A stretch of DNA of 64,000 bases from a virus (Duplodnaviria; Caudoviricetes): positions 12,203 through 76,202 of IMG/VR virus record IMGVR_UViG_2840526738_000004. One strand, given 5' to 3'. This document shows, piece by piece, positions 57,201-64,000 of this stretch. The position numbers were made by a program, and so were the translations under genes. The notes under the pieces were generated by a model that saw only the letters and a list, made by a program, of their open reading frames with translations, made no database searches and had not been told where the DNA came from. Every line of letters begins with the position of its first letter. Position 1 is the stretch's first letter.

Positions 57201-60200
57201 TACAGCCAATACCGCTAAGTCAACAGCTGATAGTGCTAAAACAACAGCTGGTAATGCTCAAACTGCGGCTAATAACGCTAATACAAAAATTGATGGATTG
57301 GAATTAGGTGGTATTAATTTACTTGTCGTAAAAGATATTACAAAAGGTAAATATTTAAATAACTCTGGTTCAGAAGTATCTGATAGCAGTTGGTTTTACT
57401 CTAATTATATCCCTGTAAAAGGATTAAAAAATCTAGTTGCAAGTGGGTATTCTAACTTGGGCACATCTCCATCAGTATGTTATTATGATAAAGATAAAAA
57501 ATTTGTTAAAGGTATAAATAACAATAGCCAATCGTTGGGGAAACTAATGACTATAGATAGTGGTGTTGAATATATTAGGTTTAGTGGAATGATAGTTGAT
57601 TTGCCTACTCTTAAAATCGAAAAAGGGACTAAACCTACAAATTATTCTCCTGCACCACAAGATGTAGATTCGTCTATCAACACCGTAAACTCTCGTATCA
57701 CAACAGAGATTAAAACGGTTAGTGATAAGTATGCAACATTGCAACAAGATGTTAATGGATTTAAGACTACAGTATCTAATACATACAGTACTAAGACTGA
57801 GGTTAGCAAGGTAAAAAACGATGCGGCCACAGATGCAACTAACAAAGCAAATCAAGCAAAAACAGATGCTGTCAATAGTGCTAATGCTAATACTACAACA
57901 TTGTTAAAGTCATATAGTACAACGAGTGCTATGAATAGTGCTATAAGTCAAGAATCCAACAAGATTACTACAGCAGTAGCCAGTACATATACAACCAAGG
58001 CAGAATTTAATGCTTTGGAAATTGGTGGTAGAAACATTGCTACTAATACAAACAAAGGTATTACTGGTTGGGGTTGGGGTATGCAAACCAACTCAGGAAA
58101 GACTATAACTGAGGTCATAGAAAACGGTATTAAATGCTGTAAGATAACAAAAGATAGTACTTCTGGCAGTGGTTGGAATTATATGTCATATAGTTACATA
58201 AATGTATCTAAGTACATGCCTAACAAGAAATATACTGTATCTTTTGAAATCAAACCTTCTGTAGACACAAAATTCACTATTTCATTCAGAAATGGTAACG
58301 GAACAAATATATTCACGAATGATCAAACAACAAAAGTTGCACCTAAAAATGTTTGGACAAAACTTTATGTAACTCTAACTACTATTGCTACATTTCCTAC
58401 AATGAGCGCACAAGTTATGTATATGACTGGCGCAAGTTGTGCGGCAAACGTTTCTTATATCTTAAGAAATTTGGTTATTGAAGAAGGTACTAAACCATCT
58501 CCTTGGACACCAGCACCAGAAGATATAGATGCATCTATTGCTATTGTTGACGGAAAGTTTAAAAATTATAGCACTACTACTCAGATGAACTCGGCAATTA
58601 CAACCAAAGCAAATGAGATAACATCTACTGTATCTAAGACCTATGCTACACAAGCAACGGTCAATACAATTAATGGAGATGTTTCTGCACTTAAGACGTG
58701 GAGAACAAGTGCTGAACAAAAGATAACCGATACTGCAATTGTTAACACAGTTAGAAACTCAGTCAACTATAAAAATGATCTAACTGGGAAGGTTGGTAAA
58801 ACAGAAATTATTTCTTGTATCAACCAAACAGCGGAAACAATTAAAATAGATGCAAGTAAAATAGAACTTACAGGTAAAGTAACTATTAGCATGTTGGACA
58901 GTACCACCCAAACCAAAGTAAATAACGGCAACAATGCTATGTCATCTATCAACACTAATAAAGCCAATTGGGATAAAGGTAAAACTGCTTACGATTGGAC
59001 TAATACCAACGGTGGGAACATGACAAACCTTAGAGCAATGATACTTAAGTGGACTAACAACGCAGTTAGCACAAGCACTTATATCCAAGGTGGCTGGATT
59101 GCAACAAATACGATTACTGCTAATAAACTTATATTGAGTGATTTTACCAATTTATCAGATCTTAATGAAAATACATATTCTACATATGGATTTACTAAAG
59201 TTGCTGATTCTTCTAACTCTAATGACCCATGGTTCCAAAAGAGTGGATTAGCACGAAATATATCACTGACTGATAAGCCTTATTTAAAATATCATTGTAA
59301 TGGTGGCGAAAAATTCAGAATTGAATTTGAAATGTCAAGCACTGTGAAAGGCGCAACAGCTAGTGGTGGAACTGATAGTGTGTATAAAAACATCAATGTT
59401 GGTATCTATGGAAAGCTTAAGAATGGTAATACATTCTATGTCATTCCTAAAGGCGGTGTAAGTGATGCCAGCGGAACTGTTAGAAAAATATCTACAGTTG
59501 CTTCATTACCTGCCGATGCTGTTACATTTAATGTACAGTTACAAATTGAAGGTTATCCTAGTTTCTCTGGAACACTGAAAGTAAGACATGTACGTGTTAC
59601 TAGAATGAACACTGCCGACCTAATCGTTGACGGTGCTATCACAGCAACACAGATTGCCTCACGTACCATCACAGCTGACAAAATTGTTAGTAAATCACTT
59701 ACAGCGAATGAAATCAAAGCTGGTATTCTTACAGCAACTAGCGGTCTATTCGCTAATTCATGTATCACTAATGCTTTCATTGCTGATTTAGCAGTTACAA
59801 ATGCGAAACTTGCAAATGCTACTATTGAAAATGCCAAAATTAAAGATGGTACAATTCAAAATGCTAAGATTGCAACCCTTGATGCAGGTAAAATCAATAC
59901 TGGTTATTTGAATGCTGCTCGTATTCAGGCTGGATCAATCACTGGTACTCATCTTGCAGTCAACACTATAACAGCTGATAAACTAGCTATTGCCAATATA
60001 GGTTTTGCTAAGAACCCTAACTTCACACGTTGGTCTGGAACATTCCCTGACGGTATGGGCGATTGGTCTAGCAGTACAAGTCGTATTGCTAAAATTGCTG
60101 TTAATGGTATGAATGTAATACAGATGACTACTGGAACATCACAAACTGGATTGGCATTAGGTGCTTCAAATACAACTACAGGTTTCTTCTCACAAGGTCT

Positions 60201-61992
60201 AAGTCTTGACGGTTTAGGCTATGTAATGATTGAAATTAAATTCCGTTTAACATCAGGTACTAATCCTACTGGTGCTGGATTGTTGCTAGACTTCAACTAC
60301 AAAAATACATCAGGTACAGCAACTAGTTCAAGATTAACTTGTAACTTAAGTGAGTTAGGTACTGCATTGACTGTCAATACTTGGTATACATATCGTAAAG
60401 TTATGGCTGTTCCATCAGCTGTATTAGCTGGACAGTTTGTATCATTGAATGGTTATCTCATGGGTAACTACACTGGTAATGGCGCAGCTACAAGCAAGAC
60501 TATTCAGTTCGCTAGTGTTAACGTATATCAGGCAACATATCAAGATTATTTAACTCAGACTTGGACAAGTGGGACTTATATCAATGGTGCTAGTATCAAG
60601 ACTGGAAGTATTGAAGCTAATCAATTATCGACAAATGCGATAAAATCACGTAACTATGTAGCCAATAGCACTGGCTCATTCTTGAACCTTGCTGATGGAA
60701 CATTTAACAGTAAGAACCTTAAATGGGATAGCGCTGGTAACTTAACTGCAAATAATGCTAAATTAACTGGTACAATTAATGCAACTAGTGGATTTATTGG
60801 CGAATTTGCTATTAAAGATGGTAGAATAACATCTGAATATTCACCTAATGGGGATCGTTTACAATCATTTATGTATCTTACTAGAACCGCTATATTTACT
60901 TCATTAGTAGGTGATAGTAGTGCTGAATTTGCGAGTGGTGTTGTATTAGTTTCTAGAGATGGTGGAAACGGTATTCAATACGCTCAAATGCAACCTAGTT
61001 TGATTGATACCGATGGAGATGTTAAAGCTGGGCGCAATCTAATTGCTGGTAATTCTGTTACAGCTGTTAATACGATCACAACCCAATATGGTTCATTTCA
61101 AACGTCTAATGCATGTTTAACAAGTCATTGGGCTGGATTTTATAATGGTGGTAAACGTGTTGCTTGGATTGGAGATAATTCGACTAATGACTTATGGATA
61201 AATAAAGAAAATGGTGGTTGTATATATCTCGGTGGTTCTAATGTTTATATGGCATATAGCATGTTGTTTGATAGGAACGATCTTAGTATTTATAGTAGAG
61301 CTACAAATGGAACAGAATATATTCAATTTACACCAGTTAATTCTTCAAATAATTGTGTTTTAGGATATGGAACATATAATGCTGGTATAGGAAAATGTCG
61401 TATATATGGTTGTGAAGTAGACTTGATAAATAAAAAAGGAACAGAGTTAATGTGGTGGTCTGATGGCAACGCATCGTGGACTGGATACTTTGCGCCTAAT
61501 GACTACAATACTGCTATGGGTACTGATACATATAGGTGGTGGAGATGTTATGTTAAAAACGCTGAATCTGTATCTTCAGATATTAGATTAAAACAGAATA
61601 TAAATCCCTACGATGAACGGTATGAACGCATGTTCATGGATTTGAAACCTGTAACTTATGAATGGAAAGATAGACCAAACGATAAACATTGTGGTCTTAT
61701 TGCACAATGGACAAAAGAGGCAATGGATAAAAATGGTATTATGGAAAATGAATTTGTTTGTTATGAACATAACCGTGAAAGTGATACTTATGCAATATCC
61801 TATCCAGAACTTACAAGTTTAAATATGCACATGATACAAAAGACCATCAAAACCACAAACAACCACGAACAACGTATCAAAGAACTTGAACAAGAAAATC
61901 GTAAAAAAGACAATATAATTAACGAATTACAATCTAAACTAAACGCCTATATTAATGGTGATTTAGTTATAACCAATATCAAGAGGGCTTAG
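54250..61992 (+). CDS. Tal/tail fibre-spike protein with carbohydrate-binding-like modules and a C-terminal intramolecular chaperone (peptidase S74)
   Basis: N-terminal prophage-tail domain (RN...L...T..LCTRLY.YG); GG.NL modules with SPWTPAPED; SDIRLKQNI...GLIAQ. Confidence 0.9.
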   Translation: MTRHLFIYNAQRKKLCDLVDRTQFAVRNDDLKTYLNQISELSFDVPIKNPKSKYIQNENLVMYDDEFYIIKTKVLKIENDGTEVYQVSCKHYSDTLAMNVVFIDETTPRNVVDLMKLALCYDNKGNPTLGWKVGNVTVDRVKLRGLESSEESSFSTLLTIAEKFEGALQFNSQDMTVDLYPATASETPVLNLRFSRNMKGLEVTYDTSELCTRLYCYGGADDDGNDIDIMSVNPTGMAYIDNFDYFKKLGYSEDYINANKSFFLRTNIYRDDSFFDPKDLYEHGVKELKKWAFPIIDIKIEALSIEHIGSQDASKLKIGDCIRIIDMDYGLDFLCNVISYERLGSEPHCPKIEVTNALTYKDTINEMFKNTSTISKITTSGGNIRGNKIDNINVSQIGDLNLYYLNAEQIESKYANIEYLKSNYVDAETIKTKYLTADEIGAKYLTAQQASLIYLTSDQAHIKYLGVEEFTAKFGQMETLITETIESNEGKFNSLDTDILNVKTELTAQSGKFSTITADIAKLKQADIDNLNAVNGKFETVNTDILNVKKELTAQSGKFGTIESDIAKLKQADIDNLTAINGKFDTLDTLYLKSSVAELTYATIKQLESDYAKIKSLEAFTAAINDLKANKISTTEFNAQMATINEALIGKATISDLEATNGIVHSLQSDVADIDTIINRVTTSDSIHSLLINANTAVIDSGYFKTLVSNNIKVNDLLAGDISTTRFKVKSDSGLFVITDNTLQVKDKNRVRVQIGEDSTKDYSLTLWDADGNLIWDARGLKASGIKDAIIKDAMISDNAQISGKKVNISSLVTEINNGTTLITANHIQYDGKSLDVAFSALATTVNKDSETIKSHSTQLTAQDGKISTLISDTTQVKKDITAVQGDVTTAKGNITTLQTNYSALDQTVKELSSTVGEHTSSLSTVTTIANDAKTLANTANTNASTAKNDASTAKTNASTALSTANTAKSTADTAKTDASTAKTTANTAKSTADSAKTTAGNAQTAANNANTKIDGLELGGINLLVVKDITKGKYLNNSGSEVSDSSWFYSNYIPVKGLKNLVASGYSNLGTSPSVCYYDKDKKFVKGINNNSQSLGKLMTIDSGVEYIRFSGMIVDLPTLKIEKGTKPTNYSPAPQDVDSSINTVNSRITTEIKTVSDKYATLQQDVNGFKTTVSNTYSTKTEVSKVKNDAATDATNKANQAKTDAVNSANANTTTLLKSYSTTSAMNSAISQESNKITTAVASTYTTKAEFNALEIGGRNIATNTNKGITGWGWGMQTNSGKTITEVIENGIKCCKITKDSTSGSGWNYMSYSYINVSKYMPNKKYTVSFEIKPSVDTKFTISFRNGNGTNIFTNDQTTKVAPKNVWTKLYVTLTTIATFPTMSAQVMYMTGASCAANVSYILRNLVIEEGTKPSPWTPAPEDIDASIAIVDGKFKNYSTTTQMNSAITTKANEITSTVSKTYATQATVNTINGDVSALKTWRTSAEQKITDTAIVNTVRNSVNYKNDLTGKVGKTEIISCINQTAETIKIDASKIELTGKVTISMLDSTTQTKVNNGNNAMSSINTNKANWDKGKTAYDWTNTNGGNMTNLRAMILKWTNNAVSTSTYIQGGWIATNTITANKLILSDFTNLSDLNENTYSTYGFTKVADSSNSNDPWFQKSGLARNISLTDKPYLKYHCNGGEKFRIEFEMSSTVKGATASGGTDSVYKNINVGIYGKLKNGNTFYVIPKGGVSDASGTVRKISTVASLPADAVTFNVQLQIEGYPSFSGTLKVRHVRVTRMNTADLIVDGAITATQIASRTITADKIVSKSLTANEIKAGILTATSGLFANSCITNAFIADLAVTNAKLANATIENAKIKDGTIQNAKIATLDAGKINTGYLNAARIQAGSITGTHLAVNTITADKLAIANIGFAKNPNFTRWSGTFPDGMGDWSSSTSRIAKIAVNGMNVIQMTTGTSQTGLALGASNTTTGFFSQGLSLDGLGYVMIEIKFRLTSGTNPTGAGLLLDFNYKNTSGTATSSRLTCNLSELGTALTVNTWYTYRKVMAVPSAVLAGQFVSLNGYLMGNYTGNGAATSKTIQFASVNVYQATYQDYLTQTWTSGTYINGASIKTGSIEANQLSTNAIKSRNYVANSTGSFLNLADGTFNSKNLKWDSAGNLTANNAKLTGTINATSGFIGEFAIKDGRITSEYSPNGDRLQSFMYLTRTAIFTSLVGDSSAEFASGVVLVSRDGGNGIQYAQMQPSLIDTDGDVKAGRNLIAGNSVTAVNTITTQYGSFQTSNACLTSHWAGFYNGGKRVAWIGDNSTNDLWINKENGGCIYLGGSNVYMAYSMLFDRNDLSIYSRATNGTEYIQFTPVNSSNNCVLGYGTYNAGIGKCRIYGCEVDLINKKGTELMWWSDGNASWTGYFAPNDYNTAMGTDTYRWWRCYVKNAESVSSDIRLKQNINPYDERYERMFMDLKPVTYEWKDRPNDKHCGLIAQWTKEAMDKNGIMENEFVCYEHNRESDTYAISYPELTSLNMHMIQKTIKTTNNHEQRIKELEQENRKKDNIINELQSKLNAYINGDLVITNIKRA

Positions 61993-62029
61993 TCCCCTCT
62001 TTTAATATGCCATTTTTGAGTAAAGGAGA

Positions 62030-62302
62030 GTGATTATAATGGCAACAATTACAACAAATAAAACAAAACAGGTGGTTATGCGTAACCGAATCGATGTGGA
62101 TGGTGTTCCATGTAAATTCCAAGAATATACGATCAATAGTGATGATCCAGCTAAATTCAATAAATCAGAATGGGAAGCAGATGAAGCCGCTAAACAGTTA
62201 TACAAAGAAAATCGTGTAGCTATTCGTACAGCAGAAGCAGAATTTGAAGATGAAGTATTCGCATTATCAGAAGCAATGGAAGCTGAGAAAAGGAGAAGCT
62301 AA
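62030..62302 (+). CDS. small tail-associated protein
   Basis: RBS AAAGGAG; follows the fibre gene. Confidence 0.6.
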   Translation: MIIMATITTNKTKQVVMRNRIDVDGVPCKFQEYTINSDDPAKFNKSEWEADEAAKQLYKENRVAIRTAEAEFEDEVFALSEAMEAEKRRS

Positions 62303-62308
62303 ATAATT

Positions 62309-62758
62309 ATGAAAATTACTAATGGACAGGTATGGAATGTTTGTTTCGGAATTCAGCAAGGAACTTCCCTATTAGACAAATTAGCAACTGTTAGATTATC
62401 AGTAGCTAAAGCATATGACCGTAACAAAATCATCAAGAAATTATCAGAACAGTTCAATGATATCGCTAAATTACGTGATGACTTGATTAAGAAATATGGC
62501 AAAGAAGATGAAGAAGGTAATACATCAGTATCACCAGAAGATGTAGAAAACTTTCAGAAATTCATCAACGATCAAAATGAATTATTTGAAATCGAAGAAG
62601 ATTACAAAATCAAGAAGTTATCCGCTGATACATTGGATTCATTGGAACTTAATTTCTCAGAACTTGAACAGTTGAGTTTCCTGATTGATTTTGGCGATGA
62701 AGAAGAAGTTGAAACGGTAGAAACTGAACTTGTTGAAACTGAAACAAAATCTGAATAA
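62309..62758 (+). CDS. conserved hypothetical protein (DUF1617-like)
   Basis: MKITNG...L..LA..RL....AY...K..KKL pattern, common before lysis genes. Confidence 0.55.
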   Translation: MKITNGQVWNVCFGIQQGTSLLDKLATVRLSVAKAYDRNKIIKKLSEQFNDIAKLRDDLIKKYGKEDEEGNTSVSPEDVENFQKFINDQNELFEIEEDYKIKKLSADTLDSLELNFSELEQLSFLIDFGDEEEVETVETELVETETKSE

Positions 62759-62817
62759 TGACGTTTCCAAGGGTGTACGTCAACACCCTTCTTATTTAAC
62801 AAACTGGAGGAAATTTT

Positions 62818-63012
62818 ATGAACGAATTAATTAAAAAACTAGTGAAACTGCTTGATGTGAAATCCATTATGACACTTACCTTAACTGGTGCATTTGTGTA
62901 TCTAGTTGGTTCACAGGTTGTAGACGGAGATAAATTCATGTCAATCTACACAATGATTGTGGGTTTCTATTTTGGTGTTCAGTCTACTAAATCTGGTACA
63001 TCAAAGGAGTAG
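62818..63012 (+). CDS. holin (2 TM)
   Basis: LLDVKSIMTL...F..IYTMIVGFYFG; precedes the endolysin. Confidence 0.75.
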   Translation: MNELIKKLVKLLDVKSIMTLTLTGAFVYLVGSQVVDGDKFMSIYTMIVGFYFGVQSTKSGTSKE

Positions 63013-63016
63013 TTAA

Positions 63017-63358
63017 GTGTTATCACAAGTATTAATGACAGGATATCCGATTGTACTGACTGCCTTATGTGGCTACATCGTATGGCTTTTGCAGGAACAA
63101 CGTAAGGAAACCAAGAAGAAAGAAGCTGAGATTGAGAAACATCAGAAGGCTAACTTTGTTGGAACACGTTGTCTGTTAAGACAGCAGTTAATGGAATATC
63201 ACGATAAATACACAGCACTTGAATATATCACACCAAGTGCTTATGAGAATCTATGTGAAATGCTTCAAGCCTATGAGGACTTGGGCGGTAATGGTAAAGT
63301 CCACAAAATGAGTCAAGAAACCATGGCTTTACCTATTAAAAATTATGAGGAGGAATAA
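63017..63358 (+). CDS. holin-like membrane protein
   Basis: N-terminal TM helix; LLRQQL..YH..Y...Y..LGGNG pattern. Confidence 0.65.
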   Translation: MLSQVLMTGYPIVLTALCGYIVWLLQEQRKETKKKEAEIEKHQKANFVGTRCLLRQQLMEYHDKYTALEYITPSAYENLCEMLQAYEDLGGNGKVHKMSQETMALPIKNYEEE

Positions 63359-63361
63359 TAT

Positions 63362-64000
63362 ATGAAATCAGCTAATGAATTTGCAAAAGAAAGAATTGGA
63401 AAAGGTGTAGATGTTGATGGTTATTATGGAGCACAGTGTTGGGATCTGTTTGCGTACTTTTGCCAGCAAGCTGGGTACAAAGTAATTAATTGTACTACAT
63501 CTTTATTTGTTAAAGATATTTGGAATAATCGTAAAACAAATGGTGCATTAACTAATTTTACTGAGGTGTCTGTAAAAAATATGCAAGATGGAGATTGGGT
63601 TATTTGGGGTGACTGTGATGTAGCACCAACAAGTCATATTGGCATGTTTAGACGTTATACTGGCAACAATAGAGCAATTATTTTAGGTCAAAATCAATTA
63701 GGTGTACAAAAAGCAACAGAAGTTGATATGACGTTGAATGGCGTTATCGGTGTATTACGCCCTAACTGTTATAAAAATAAGTGTCCTTTTAAATCTAGTG
63801 GCGCAGTAAAACCATTATATAATGGTATCCGTGTACGTACAGCGCCTAGCACAAAGAAAGGCGATACTGGTATCGTATACAACGCTGACAGCCCTAATTT
63901 ATACTACAATCGTATTGTCTTAGCCGACGGTTGGTACTGGGCAGAGTATGATCGTGCAAAAGGTGGAAAAGGCTATTGTGCTTTATGCAAGGCTGATGGT
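63362..64000 (+). CDS. endolysin, CHAP amidase + SH3-type cell-wall-binding domain (partial; runs off the right edge)
   Basis: Not in the ORF track. Manual translation: DVDGYYGAQCWDL (Cys), SHIG (His), ILGQNQ, then IRVRTAPS...DGWYW. Confidence 0.9.
   Translation, partial: MKSANEFAKERIGKGVDVDGYYGAQCWDLFAYFCQQAGYKVINCTTSLFVKDIWNNRKTNGALTNFTEVSVKNMQDGDWVIWGDCDVAPTSHIGMFRRYTGNNRAIILGQNQLGVQKATEVDMTLNGVIGVLRPNCYKNKCPFKSSGAVKPLYNGIRVRTAPSTKKGDTGIVYNADSPNLYYNRIVLADGWYWAEYDRAKGGKGYCALCKADG

Noticed and set aside
54250-61992. Diversity-generating retroelement targeting the tail fibre
   Set aside because: No reverse transcriptase and no near-identical template/variable repeat pair differing at adenines were seen in this window; the fibre ends in an S74 chaperone.
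1132-62802. Numerous short opposite-strand ORFs in the track (e.g. 1132-1356, 12811-13131, 45461-45904, 56967-57209)
   Set aside because: They are fully nested antisense to well-supported genes and lack an RBS or motifs.
1-64000. tRNA/rRNA genes and stop-codon reassignment
   Set aside because: I saw no T-arm GGTTCRA(A/T)TCC cloverleaf context in intergenic DNA; long ORFs translate cleanly with code 11, using TAA, TAG and TGA as stops.

Overview
A 64-kb internal segment of a large, AT-rich tailed phage (siphovirus-type) of a low-GC Bacillota host. Its gene order resembles SPbeta-like phages. The left arm (1-~30 kb) is on the minus strand and holds the early, host-interaction, nucleotide-metabolism and replication genes: RNA ligase (partial), NUDIX hydrolase, RecB/Cas4-like nuclease, SPFH protein, ThyX-like protein, primase, DnaB helicase, dNMP kinase, 3D-domain protein, AAA_24 ATPase, SSB-like protein, two antirepressors, a degenerate tyrosine-recombinase-fold protein and about 30 small ORFs. 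The centre (30-34.5 kb) has an HTH regulator, a ~2-kb non-coding region (putative packaging site and origin) and an intact Xer-like recombinase. The right arm (34.5-64 kb) is on the plus strand and carries late genes from a sigma-like regulator, terminase, portal and capsid through the tail, tape measure, Dit and a 2580-aa Tal/fibre to holins and a partial CHAP endolysin. Notable non-coding signals read directly from the sequence: (1) a 306-nt group I intron splitting terL; (2) two tandem, unannotated type-I-toxin-like transcription units with self-sequestered ribosome-binding sites, plus a third antisense-controlled membrane-peptide locus; (3) a ~590-nt hairpin-dense leader downstream of the main early promoter, followed by promoter-less terminator-like hairpins, suggesting antitermination; (4) 28-bp direct repeats bracketing the degenerate recombinase and its terminator; (5) a dif/cer-like site overlapping the promoter of the intact recombinase; (6) a phage-specific bipartite late promoter GGGGTG-N16-TCAACTATATAT in three copies; (7) block-conserved 140-bp-period repeats and loop-conserved hairpins in the central non-coding region. 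I saw no CRISPR array, tRNA, rRNA, reverse transcriptase or DNA polymerase. All protein calls come from motif recognition by eye, not from database searches.
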